Source of the DNA: Octopus sinensis
Taxonomy: Eukaryota
Direction of reading: 5' to 3'
NCBI RefSeq assembly: GCF_006345805.1
Contig: NC_043003.1
Span: forward strand, 108,128,001 to 108,192,000
Length of the DNA stretch: 64,000 nt
The position numbers were made by a program, and so were the translations under genes. The notes under the pieces were generated by a model that was given only the letters and a program-made list of their open reading frames with translations, was not told where the DNA came from and made no database searches. Below are positions 23,761 through 38,212 of this stretch, in pieces (within the stretch, counting starts at the first letter, position 1; every line of letters begins with the position of its first letter).

Positions 23761-25184
23761 AGAACACGTGTATTTGAAATGTTGAACCATGAAAGCGCTT
23801 AAGCACAACATAAAAACGTTTTTCGGAAAGGTTCATAGCATTCTGCTATCCAAAACATACATTTGACTCACTTTCTATTTACCAAATTTTCCTCGCGATA
23901 TTTAACCATCTATATTTTATGATATGAGACACTTCCACAAAATGTTGCGCATCGGATAGAAACTGAATTCCGTGATTATGAAGTGAAAGTGAACGTCTTA
24001 AGACAACAACCATATATTTGTTGAGATTTTTTTAAAAATTATCTCCTTACAAAACTGAATAAATTAAATGAAACATGAGGCAGTGTCAAAATAGGACGCG
24101 TTTGACAAAATCCTGTTAAGCATGTTTTCAGTTGGAATGGCTTTAATCATAGATTTGCTACTTCAGGGTCGTTAGGAATAGCCAACAACAACAAAAATAA
24201 TGAAGTAAAATCGATGTGTTTGAAATAAGAGAAATATTGAAACTGTATATAATACAGAATCGACTTGTTTAGTAAATCACAAATAACACTTTAAGCATTT
24301 GGAATTATTTTAAACCAATGAGTTTTTGTAGGTATGTCTGCTAAAAATCACGTTTTCATTTGACCAAATAATTGAAAAACATTATTCAAAATACTTAACG
24401 AAATGAAAATATAAGGTTTCAAAACTGATTTTTCTCAGAATGATTTGGTTGCTGTCACACGTGGTATCGTATAAATGGCGTTGCATACAGAATCTGGCTC
24501 TTACGATTTCTACTAGTATTTATTGATTTTATTGTAACTGCTGTCGTTTTTCTTCCTTGAGATTTAACGTAGACTGATGTTGAATAAGCCATAGCTTATA
24601 GTACACATCAATTGCTTTAGTATTATGTTCTTTTTCTTCTTTAATTTGCAACAAATTCTTTATGTCAGAGGCTTATTTCGGAAACTTTATCTAAAACTGT
24701 CAAAAAGCCATTGCGAAGCCCTTTCACTTCTCCTATTGTGCTGTTTCGACAAATTTAGCAAACAGTTAAAATGTTGATTTTCCGTGATGCATAGAAAGAG
24801 ATTACAATAAGGCAATACAAGACGGGGGCCAAGGAAATTCTCTCTCCACATTGTAACGGCTTCTTTGCTGTATCTTGATAGAAATATAATTTAAATTCTG
24901 TCAATGCAACAGGTTTTGCTGAAGTCGGTTATTTTCTTCATCGTATTTTCTATAGCTTTCTACAATGCTTTAGGATCAGCACCTTCCGTATAAAAAATGT
25001 TATGTGATTATATAACAGTATTTGCTTTTGGATACTTTTATACTCCACATCGTTTCCACTAATGATGTCAAAATCTGCAAATTACATGTTTTTCTGCTTC
25101 GTTTTTACTTTTCCATTTAATTTTGCTTCTACATAATGAAACATTTCCTGTCGTATGAAGGACTTACTGACCGTTTTCCCATCT

Positions 25185-25213
25185 ACTACTACTACTACTA
25201 ATAATAATAATAA

Positions 25214-25281
<68 letters not shown>

Positions 25282-25327
25282 TAGTAGTAGTAGTAGTAGT
25301 AGTAGTTGTTGTAGTAGTAGTAGTAGA
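25185..25327. repeat. ACT/AAT/TAG trinucleotide microsatellite
   Basis: Directly visible. Confidence 0.95.
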
Positions 25328-25619
25328 GAATAATACGACGGCGCTGAAGAGCAACATGGATGTTCTACACCAGGCTCTCCATTCCAAAACAAATCTAATC
25401 TAATAACATTGGTGGAATGGGATAAAGAAACCTGTGGAAGACTTGAACGAAGCGGCCTTTTAACGAAAATAATCACAAAAGCGAAATTTTACTGCCATAC
25501 AAAGCAGAATTTCTCCAATATCCGATGTCTCGGTAAAACATGTGCGAAACACACACGAAATCAATACCGGGAAGTTTACAAATTATAAAATATAAACGGA
25601 ACAAAACAGTAAGTATATA

Positions 25620-26821
25620 TTGGGTTGACAACTAAGTTCCTTTTTTTTTTATTTTGGAATTGATTGCATTTTTTAATTTTGGAATCTATTTTTTTCGAGA
25701 ATTCTATTTTTGAATCATTTTGGAATTTTTTTCTAGTTAATTTTAGTTAATTGTTATATATTTTCAGATCATTGAAATGGAATGTCAAGTTAAGAAAAAC
25801 GAGCATTTTTGACACCTCCTTCTTTTTGCTTTTAATCAAGGATCTAAAGCCTAAAAGCTGCTCGCAACATTTGAGGGAGCCATAGCTGAAAAAAGCGCTC
25901 GTGATTGGTATGCCAAGTTCAAAATTTTGACCTCAAAGACGTGGCCGTCCAGTTGAGTTCGATGAAGAGCGATTAAACCAACTTTTGCAAGGAAATTCTC
26001 GTCAAACGACAAGGGAACTGGCAGAGAAAATGGAATGATCCCACACTGCTATAGAGAAGCATCTTCCCTCGATGGGAAAGGTTCAGAAGTATGGAGCATG
26101 GGTTCCGCATGCTTTAAGTGACAACAAAAATCAACGAGCCACAATCTCCACTGGTTTGCTTGCTCGTCACCGCTCAACTCATGGACACAAGCAACGATTT
26201 CTTTACCGAATCGCTACTGGCGACGAAAAATGGTGCCTGTAAATCAATATGAAGCAGCGTAAGGAATGGCTTAGTCCCGGTTAACAAGCGACATCACGCG
26301 TGAGACAAGTTCTTCATCAGTGGGACTAGGAAGAGATTATCCATTACGAATTGCTTGAACGGAACCAAACGGTCAACGCGGAACTCTATGTTCAACTGAT
26401 GGAAGGACTCAACACGGCTATTCAAGAGAAAATACCTAATCGGCAGCATGGCGTTCTTCTGCTATACGACAACGCCCGCCCTCATTTCGTCAATGTGACC
26501 AAGAAAGCTATTCAAACGCATGGCTGGGAAGTGCTGCCACACTCGCCGTATTCTCCTGATTTGGCACCAAAGGATTTCCACCTCTTTCGATCTCTTTCAA
26601 ATGCTATGCGCAGAGTTTCGTTCAAAACTGATGCAGAATTCAGATGGTTGGATCAATTTTTCGAGTCGAAATCGGGTGATTTTTACCAACGAGGTATTGG
26701 AAATCTTGTTGAACGTTGGGAAGAAGTTGTAAACAACAAGGGTGAATACATTATTGATTAATTAATTGTTATTTTTAATAAACCATTTTTTATAGCGGCG
26801 GGAACTTAGTCGCCAACCCAA
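25620..26821 (+). mobile_element. full-length mariner (DD34D) transposon with TIRs and TA TSD; transposase disrupted
   Basis: TIR ttgggttgacaactaagttcc / ggaacttagtcgccaacccaa with TA on both sides. Transposase ~25777-26761 has TGDEKW, LLYDNARPH and HSPYSPDLAPKDF (34 residues between the Asps), plus stops and frameshifts. Confidence 0.95.
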
Positions 26822-27099
26822 TAAATTGAGTAATTACGCATACATTCGAATGTCTACATAATCATATATACATTTTACTACCCATTGCACTTCACATACA
26901 TCCCAATATTTACACAACTACGTGACATTTACAGGACACACAGACACGCATATAAAAACACGTGACACAAACGAAGCAAATGAAAAGCAAAAACAAAACT
27001 ATTTTTTATTTTTCGAACTAACACAGAGTGAACAATTCATAAGTTTAAAAGCACCACAAGAATACTATACCGGGAGATAATTATATCAACAACAACAAA

Positions 27100-29760
27100 A
27101 AACATACGAATACAGATCTACTATTCTTAAGAAGTTACGGTACGAGCAATGTTTACATGCAGAGAATTCGGAGGCGGTGTTGTCTCAAAAAACTAACCCT
27201 AAACAGGCAGATCCATACTCTAATGCCAACGTCGAAGGTCGTCAGGCCTCAATGATAACAAAGCAAAATACAAACCGGATTGGCAGTCACCTGGAACACC
27301 AAGGGACACGTACTCGAAAGATGAACCAGATTCGATGAGAAAATCAGCTACTTGTTCGAATCTTCCCGAAGTACTCCAGAACCAGAATATTCCAACAGAT
27401 AGCCATCCATGCTCGTCATCAAATAACAAAACAAAAAAGAATAAAAAATGATCTAGGGGAGATAATAAACTTCTTACAGCCTTCTATCATGCCATATATT
27501 TCCTCACACAAAAATCTAACAAACCTACTTAAACTGGAGACAGAAACACCTTGAAGTAAGACCCTACATAAACAGTAACAAACTTGCCAACGTCAGAAGA
27601 AACATTATGAAAAATGAATTATTGACTGAATTACTAACTGTATCATTAACGGATAAATGGAACGAAACTGCAGCTAAAGAGGATACTACAGAGGAAATAA
27701 TTATAAACCAGCCCAAGGCCGACGAAAATGCAATAATGATTGAAAGAGTTAATGTAACAGATAAGCAAAGTGGAATACTCTCCGAACCAACCATAAACAC
27801 TAAGGCAGATGAAAATCAAATGGATGAAGAAAGCCACACAGAAATTAAACCAACAGAACTACAAGATCTGAAAAGTTAAATCATGATTGTATGGCTGAAA
27901 ATTAAACAAACCAGTATAAATGAACGCGACACCATCCCAAAAATTCGCAATTCTAACCAAAGCCTAAAAGTAATTGGTAAAATCCGCCTTGCACTTAAGG
28001 ATATAATTTCAGCTAATGGTGTGGATATTACAGAGCTCAACCACAAGTACTATACATCTCAACGATTCTATGTGAGGAAAATATTAGAAAATGAAAATAT
28101 TCTCACAAAATGCCTACTTGGCAAGAGCGTATTCAACACCAAATTCAGCTACTTAGGTCTGACATAGAATGTTTAAAAAACCTTATGTTTGACAAGAATA
28201 TCAAACCAACAAAAACACGAAAATTAAAGAAAAAATATAATAGGGAAACTATAGTTGACACCGATACCACCATAGAAACCATCAAGCAAAAGGTATGTGC
28301 TAAAGCTGCCCGCATAGCAAAGTATGAAAAGCGCGTTAGATTCTTCAAGAACAATAACATTCAAAAATAATCCAAACATTTTGCAGGAAGATAGGGAAAA
28401 TACCGGTTACAGTGAAGTCCGTCTCATCAAAAGAAGAAGTGCAGGAATTTTGGAATAAAATTTGGGCAGAAGAAAAGAAAATTAAACGTCCCCTTGGATT
28501 GATAGAATATCTACAGACTTAGAAGAGCAAAAGGGGGAGGGTATCAAGGTAGAGGATGTAAGATCTGCTTTCAGGAAGTCAAACAAATGGAAGTCTCCAG
28601 GAAAGGATGAAATTCCTGACTTCTGGTTGAATGCCTTCCCAGAGAGCCATGTACTGCTAACAAAACTTTACAACAATGTTTTGCAACAACCTAGTATGAT
28701 TCCCTCTTGGCTAGTTAATGGTATAACATTCCTACTTCCAAAAACTGAAGAAACAAATGAACCAAAAAATTATGGACCCATAACCTGCTTAACAATAATG
28801 TATAAAATGCTAACATCTGTCTTGACTGAGCGTACCTATAGTTTTTTAATAGAAATTGGCATATTCCCTAATGAGAAAAGGGATGTAAACGTGGGCCCTA
28901 TGGTTGTAAAGATCAGCTACTCTTCAATAAGATGATTTTTACAACCATAGTCACAAACGTCACAAAAACTTGTCGGTAGCCTGGATAGACTATAAAACGG
29001 CTTTTGTTAGTCTACTACATAGCTGGATTAAGAAATATCTGGAAATGTATAAAATAGCACCTACTCTGCGAAACTTCTTGTCTATAAATATGAGATCATG
29101 GGGAACCACACTGACTTTGAACAGTGACAATGAATCTCTTAATGCTGGAGATGTAAAAATTTCATGTGGGTGGCTCTCTACCACCACTCTTCTTTTGTCT
29201 AGCCTTATTACCTCTCTCGAAATTGCTCGATGATATACAATACGGCTATAAAATGTTTGATAAAAATATAAATCATCTCATTTACATGGATGATTTAAAG
29301 CTCTTTGCAAAAAATGACCAACAACTACAGGACTTACTAGCGAGTGTTAAACAATTCAGTGATGATATCAGGATGCAATTTGGTTTCGATAAATGTGCAA
29401 AAGCTACCTTTATCAAAATAAAAAAATTACAGAAACATTTAACGTTAACACAGACGAAAAAAACATTGTAAGACCATAGATTTTACCATGCCATATAATC
29501 ATAACATAGATATCAAAGAAATGGAGAAAATTGAGAAATATAAGAACCTAGCTGGAGAGATGAAAAGATTGTGGACGACAGATACGACAGTTGTTCCTGG
29601 CGTAATTGGTGGATTGACACAATCCACCAATTATACCTAAACTGCTACCAAAGAAGCTGTAGGATATTAGAATTGAGACACACAACACGGACATGCAGAA
29701 ATCTGTCATCCTATATTCTACAAGAATGATAAGAAAGATTCTTGAGATTTGAAGTTACTG
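27100..29760 (+). mobile_element. R4/Dong-like LINE, near full-length but degenerate, with an internal deletion
   Basis: KLANVRRNIMKNELL, PTWQERIQHQI, KQKVCAKAARIAKYEKR, WKSPGKDEI, PKNYGPITCL, NHLIYMDDLKLFAK. The frame jumps at ~29460 to the endonuclease tail EKIEKYKNLAGE...VIGGL...RKILEI*. Confidence 0.92.
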
Positions 29761-30909
29761 ATTGTCACCGAATGATGTGAAGCTTCATTTCGAGACGATA
29801 CTCTAACTATTTTTCGTTGTCTTCATTTTTCTCTTTCTATCTTTCTAGCAGAACGAGCATACCATATCGTAAAATGCAACCTCCATGCCTTTCTTCGAGA
29901 CATTTGCAATATAAATGAAATGAAATGACTACAGCAAGGAATCGAAACTGTCTCATACACTCGGTTTAGTTTTGGTGAATTAGTTTACCATGTTTGGGAA
30001 AGTCTCTTTTGAAAGTGCATGCAGTTATTTCAATGCTGATATTTTTCTTTCTGTTCGTCGCTTGTTATCACGTCTAGTTGTTAGTTGAAACATATCAAAG
30101 AGCTGGAATCTTTGTCTATCGAGAAGAATAGATTTTCATTCAGCCTTACAAAAGGCACGAATTCGTGTCGAAATGCAACAATGGCAGTACCAGTTTATCC
30201 AAAGAATGTTAAGAAATTATTACCAAGTGACAAGCATGTAATGACAATGAAAACTGACCAAATTTTCAATTCTGTCTCCGTGTTAATTACAAACTAGTAA
30301 CAATTAAAATTACGCGTCAAACAAACTAATCTCACTCAGCTATTCGGTTTCTTGATTGAAAGTATGCTCAAGAAATAGTAACACAGGCATGACTGTGGGG
30401 TTAAAATATTAGCTTTGTAATCACACGATTCCGGTTCGATCCTAGTGTGCAGATTATTGGTAAATGATTTATTTAAACGAACCCACTGTCACGGATCCAC
30501 TGCAACTGGCTGTGACCAGTTTGCAATTGGCGCGATGAAATTTTTCACGTCAAATTATAAATGCTTAAGTAAAGTTAACAGATTTTTTTGCGTTTTCGAA
30601 TGACTAATATGTGCCTCCAGTTCAGTCTCCTGTCTCCCATTATAATAATAATAATAAGCAGAAGTTCCACAACGAATAACAAAGATAATGGACGACACGA
30701 GCGAGCTCCCTGCCAGGAAGAATTAAATCTGTGATTATCGGCAAAAGAAACCGCAAAATATGACCAAAAAATGTTTCTTAACGTATGTCATTTCAGGACG
30801 CCGAAATATTTCTCCTATATATGAAAAAAAGTTGCTATCAGGGACGTTGTCACATGCATAAAAATATAAACAACATGTGCAGATGCGATTTACGTATACA
30901 AGAGTTTAA

Positions 30910-31025
30910 ACAATCATCATCATCGTCATCTTCATCATCATCATCATCATCACTATAATTACTATTACTATTACTACTATTACTATTACTATTACTATTA
31001 CTACTATTACTATCATTATTATTAC

Positions 31026-31080
<55 letters not shown>

Positions 31081-31082
31081 TC
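30910..31082. repeat. CAT/ACT/ATT trinucleotide tract (probable tail of the adjacent minus-strand element)
   Basis: Directly visible; abuts 31083. Confidence 0.9.
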
Positions 31083-31285
31083 TGTTATTAGCCACAAGGG
31101 CTGGCATTACAGTAACATAAAGGACGATACAAGACGAAAGACAAGGGAGTTTTACAGTCGTGCACACATTAACAAAATCATTAAATGCGAAAACTCCCAA
31201 TGGCGCGGTCCCTTTAAAAGGCTACTCGTGGGAAACCCACAAAATCCACGGGTAGCCTGACCAACAGAGCAAAATCCCTCTCTTT
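31083..31285 (-). mobile_element. probable retroelement 3' end with a stem-loop and (AAT)n tail
   Basis: Minus strand ends gcccttgtggctaataacagaaat(aat)n; hairpin ggctactcgtgg...ccacgggtagcc at ~31220-31258. Confidence 0.5.
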
Positions 31286-31618
31286 TACTTTTACTTTTTT
31301 CTTTTTCTTTTCACAGGTGCAATAATAATGATAATAATATTGATGATGACGATGTTGATGATAATTATGATGATGATGACGATGACGATGACGACGACGG
31401 TGATAGTTTTCTTGAACTAGATATGAGAAAATTCCTTATGAAATGGAAGTGTTTTTGCTTGACTGGAGCCAAGATTATTAACTTTCATATTTGATCTCTG
31501 TCCAAGACGTGCCGCTCTGTGACCGGACTCGCATTTATTCTTAAGTATTTTCTATTATATTCGTCCCTTATTCTTGTCTTCACTGCTTCTTATCAATCTC
31601 TTTCCAGCACTTCTCTCA

Positions 31619-31679
<61 letters not shown>

Positions 31680-32339
31680 CTATTTGTCTCTCGTTCTCTC
31701 ATTACTTCTAGTCTAAAGAGACACATTTCGAATTGTTAGACGTCATCTTTTCTTTAAAAACCAATTCATTCCCAATTTTAAACTATGTTATTTCTGCATG
31801 TTTCGTCGAGTACACGACTTCATGAATAAGATGCAAAAATGGAACCCCTAAACTGTTACGAACCCAGAATATTGAAAGCCAAATCGAAATTGTTGTGAGA
31901 TATTTCGTTCCACACTACAGACTCCTCCTCCTCGTTTTCTGTCTTTCTTCCTCTCTCTTTCTCTCTCTCCCTTCATCCCTCTCTCTTAGTCTATCAATAA
32001 ATATTTAAAAATGACAATAAAATAGTTTTATAGCATGAGAAAAAAATGCAGCCATCGACACATTCCACATATAAATTGATTAGCTTAGAAATTAGGATAG
32101 TTGGAAGCATCTCAACTGGTTGTCATTCATGAAAGGAGTGAGTTTATGTGGGATGGATAAGATAATGATGTTATAAGAGAAGAAACGATGTAAAGGAAGT
32201 AGACATAGGAAAGGAGAGAGAGGGGGAAAGAGGTGAGGAAGGAAAAGATGAGAAGAAATAGAGATAGAGGAGAGAGAAGGAGCAAAGTGTTTGTGAGAGT
32301 ATGCGTGGATTAAAGGAGAAGAATCAGAGAGAAAGAGAA

Positions 32340-33560
<1,221 letters not shown>

Positions 33561-34119
33561 ACACAAACAGCCCAACCTCTTCCTTAGGTAAAGTCAAACA
33601 AATGATGATGATGATGATGATGACGATGATGATAAAAATAATATCAAGAGCAACAGTAAATAATATTAATTTTAAAAAAGACATCGTTTCAACGTTATGA
33701 TCTGGAAATATTCGTGAAATTACCAAATGTGCCGATAATTAACGAAAACACACAAACACACACAAAACAAAGGCAAGAAATTAAACAACAAACCAATAAT
33801 TAAACAAGTAAATTAAACAAAACAAAAACAACAATAAAAATACAAAAATATGTTGCTAATACAACAAAACGAATACAAAAATAAAATTTAAAAAAGCAAA
33901 ACTTCTCAGCATTATTCATAATCAAATATAACAAACAAACAAAAAGAAGAAAATAGTTTCAAAAATATTACAAATGCAAAAAAGAAAATAAATAAATAAA
34001 CATAAACCCATCCCCGTCGCCCCCAAAACGCTGCCCGCCAGCCCAACCCCTCCACTGCAAAAGCAGAAACTTTCTTTCATGAATGTCCTTTTGTTTCGTG
34101 GTTTGTAGTTATTAAATTA

Positions 34120-34261
34120 AACACACACACACACACACAATAACAACAACAATGCATAAAAACAATAACAACAACAGCAATTAAAAGTATAAAAGAAACA
34201 CGATGCACGAACCGTCAGAAGCCTCGCTGTTGCTTTTGTTGTTGTTATTATGGTTGTTGTC

Positions 34262-34317
<56 letters not shown>

Positions 34318-35107
34318 TGTTGTTGTTGTTGTAAACGTGGTTGTTACGGTGGTTATAGCTGTTGCCATTTCAGCTGTTGATGCTGCTGCTGTTGTTGTTG
34401 CTGTTGTTAATGATGATGATGATGGTGGTGGTGGTGGTGGTGGTGGTGGCGGTTGTGATAACGACGCAGAAGCTGACGGAAATGAAGACGATGACACGGA
34501 CGACGACAACGACGACGACGATGGTAATGACAAAAACAGGGGACTACAACGACGACGACGATGACAGCGATGATGATGATGATGATGAAGACGATGACGA
34601 TGACGGGTGATGATTGTAGTGATGGTGGTGGTGGTGATGGTTTTAGCGCTGGTGGCGGTGTAATGACGATGCTGTCGCCACCGCCATCAGGTGTGGTAAA
34701 GACGCGTCGTTAACATCGTTGCTATTATTAAGGATTTTGCCACGGACATTCATTGTTATTGTTGCTGTTTAACCCTAGGACAGCCTTAATCTTGCAGACC
34801 AATGATAAAAAAGACATTTCACCCTAGATTTTGCTTTATTTTATTCTTATAGGTTGTACACGGACTCCGCTAACAAACGGGGTCTCCTATATAAAAGCCG
34901 GAATAATGAGATTTGAGGGAGATTTTATGGCTATTTCTAAAAGGTCGAGCGGCCTCGTAGATGCTTTTACAGTGATCGTTTTAGTATTGAGGCTGTTGTT
35001 GTTGCTGTTGTTGTTGTTACTGGTGCGATTGAAAGGTGTACAATCGATGATGTCGATGATATTGTTGTTGTTAATTCTATTGTTCTAGTTGCTATTGTTA
35101 AAATTGT

Positions 35108-35206
<99 letters not shown>

Positions 35207-35545
35207 GTAGTAGTTTTCTTGTTGCTGTTGTGAGTAGATTTTGATGTAATCAACGGAAGTGTTTTCTCAATTATGAATAATTTACTCAAAATTTTGGCAA
35301 TAAATTACACCTTTGAAAGGAGAAAGAGAGAAGGAAAGATAAAGTGATAATTAATAATTACATTGATAATGCTAATAATGGTGATGATGGTGATAACGAT
35401 GATCGTCATCATCATCAACATCATCATTATCGTGGTGGTAGTGGTGGTGGTGGTGGTGGTGGTGGTGGTGGTGGTTACGTTGACGATGCTGATGACAAGA
35501 ACGATAATAATAATTGTAATCATAATAGTGATAATAATGATAATG
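34120..35545. repeat. compound trinucleotide block (TAG, TTG, GAT, GGT, GAC, CAG, AAT)
   Basis: Directly visible. Confidence 0.95.
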
Positions 35546-35899
35546 CCAGAGGGGCAGAGGTGAGAGAGACATCACAAGGACAGTCAACAATTTGTGCGGG
35601 GATTTAAACAAAGAATGAAGAGAAAGAAAAGGAAAAGATGGTGAAATGCGATAGAAGTATACATAATATATAAAGTGTGCGGTAGCATGAATGAAGCAGT
35701 CTTCCTGGTGGAGGAGAAACTCCATCTAGGGACAATCAAAGAACCGCACAAATCCAGGATTACTCTGCCTACTTGATTGCTGACATTAAAGTGAAATAAT
35801 GAGCTTGAATTGTTTTTGAAAGACATAGGGTTGTTTTCATTATTCATTTGAACGTTAATATCGGATGAGTAGATTCAGATAGATATAGTGTAAATTTTC

Positions 35900-37060
35900 A
35901 TCCAAGTATGAAAGTTATCCGCAAATAAGGAACTTTTAAACAACATAACCTGTTATTACAATGAGGATCTCAGTAGAAACGGCTATAAAAAAGATTACTT
36001 ATATAACAAACTCAAAGCCCTAAAATCACACTAAGTTTTCACATTGTGAATGTGCGGATAAATCAACATGTAAATATTATCCTCTTAGATACTTAAAAGC
36101 ATGCTCTTGGGATTTAGTCAGCTCTAAATTCCAAACTTTAGACACAGAAACTAATGGCATCTTTGTTACAAGAAATTCTATTAACAATAACAGCACCTAC
36201 ATTCACAGCAGCACAAACGCTAGGACAAGAAATGGAAATACAGAAGTAACTTGGTATAATCTTCCACATAATATCCAGGTTAAAATTTGTCTACCCCAAA
36301 TATTCTTCTCTCTTCTAAAAACCAACTTACCATCACATTACAAATATTATCAAATATTTAATAACTATAACGTTGAGCTATCTTACTCTGGAACCTCAAA
36401 CCTGCAGATGCCCTTGTTGTAACTCATACGTTTAAACTAAACAATACTAAACTATTTAAGCATGTTTATCCCCCGATACATTATAAGTCACTAAATACCA
36501 CTGATCCTGACCTCATCCCCAATGTCACACTTCTTCTGGAGACTTCAATTCCTACAACATTGTCATCAACAGAATCCAACTAACTTTAGCCAGTCTACTG
36601 GTAGCTTACATAGCAATAATTATCTGGCATCTCCCACAAGTATCTTTACAAGAAACAGTCATTTCAAATACCTATACATTCAATATTACTACCGCAGAAG
36701 ACCCCGGCACTAAAACCTGTAATCGTAAAAATACTCACGGTTACCCATTAGATAGAAACTATTGTGCTAAAAACATCGTATAAAGTGTCAAGTAGCTACG
36801 AGTGTATCTACGAGAGAATACATAGAAGCTACAGCCAACAGCTTCAAAGAAGTTTAAATTGGCAACTTCAAAATATAAACACCGACTACACCTTGCAATG
36901 GAACATAATGAAATTTGCAGCTTCATGGATGGAAAAACGAAAGTAATGTTGATTGTACAAGCAGGACGCAATTGAAATTTTACTGTCCGACACACAAACG
37001 AAATGAGATGGTATTCAAACGCAAGCACAAGATTCTTCAAACATTTAGACTCTTTTAGAA
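35900..37060 (+). mobile_element. old Penelope-like 3' fragment of a second family (C-terminal region + GIY-YIG)
   Basis: VTWYNLPHNIQVKICLPQIFFSLLK...YQIFNNYNVELSYSG, then KTCN..., PLDRNYCAKNIV, YIEATANSFK, DYTLQWNIMKFAA and RNEMVFKRKH, matching the PLE WFNPP...CPL.G.C...YIG.T pattern. Confidence 0.7.
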
Positions 37061-37509
37061 AGGTGCTGTATCGCACGTTCGACGTACGATATAACGGAAT
37101 AATATTAATGTCCTTGCAAATCGTTCTACTCAAGATACTGGTAATAACCCTCGACAATACGCAACTCTAGGCTTTACGCTGCTCTACACCGCTGAAGGCT
37201 CTCTGCGTATGCCCATTTATATTGTGGCACAGTTCACTGCGAGCCAACCTATAGGTATGTTTAACTTCGACACAACAAAAGGAATAACGGATCTAGCTTA
37301 ATTTGACTCTATGGACTTTACCAATAAGAACTATACGCTACCATTAGCTCCATTTATTAACTTACCTAAAATTTATTCACGTATTTAAAATCTCTTTTTC
37401 ATTCTCTTAATGGAAACCATAGTTCTGATTTTCGTAGCCCTCATCTTATATGTAGGTACTTCTACACATTTATCCTAAGAGCCTGTCGTTCTTCAAAATA
37501 ACAAACTTT

Positions 37510-38040
37510 ATGTGTGTACATGTATACGCATATGTGTGTGTATACATACAAACACACGAACATGGATACACAAACATTTATATGCAGAATACTTACATAC
37601 AAACGTACACACACGCATACATATGTATATATATATGCATACACACACATACATGCAAACGCACATCCATATATGCATACATGCATGCATACATGCATAC
37701 ATACATACATACATACATACATACATACATACATACATACATGCATACATGCGTACGTGCATATGTAAATACAAATGCACACTGAAGCATACAGATGCGC
37801 ACAAACAAAACACAACGCAGCTCCGATAACGGTCAGAGTCAAAGACTATTGAAGAGGTTGCAAGAAGCAACGAAAAGTTTAGAAAAAAAATAAATAAATG
37901 AGCGGAAATCGAACCGGTAAGAGTATTAATTAATAAGGCATTAAAACAGAATGACTCTCCCCAGTCAAAATAAATTATGCACGAATTCTCATAAAGAATC
38001 TTGCAAACCAAATACAAAGACGAAATATATATGTGTGTAT

Positions 38041-38078
<38 letters not shown>

Positions 38079-38087
38079 GATATATAG

Positions 38088-38121
<34 letters not shown>

Positions 38122-38152
38122 TATATATAGATAGATAGATAGATATATATAT

Positions 38153-38211
<59 letters not shown>

Positions 38212-38212
38212 T
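37510..38212. repeat. ACAT, TA and GATA microsatellites (two blocks)
   Basis: Directly visible at ~37510-37790 and ~38030-38212. Confidence 0.9.

Noticed and set aside
24860-25180. coding-like minus-strand stretch (GKTVSKSFIRQEMFHYVEAK...)
   Set aside because: Interrupted by stops and with no recognisable motif.
26351-26761. SETMAR-like or domesticated transposase
   Set aside because: Lies inside TIRs with a TA TSD and the full ORF has stops and frameshifts; no SET domain.
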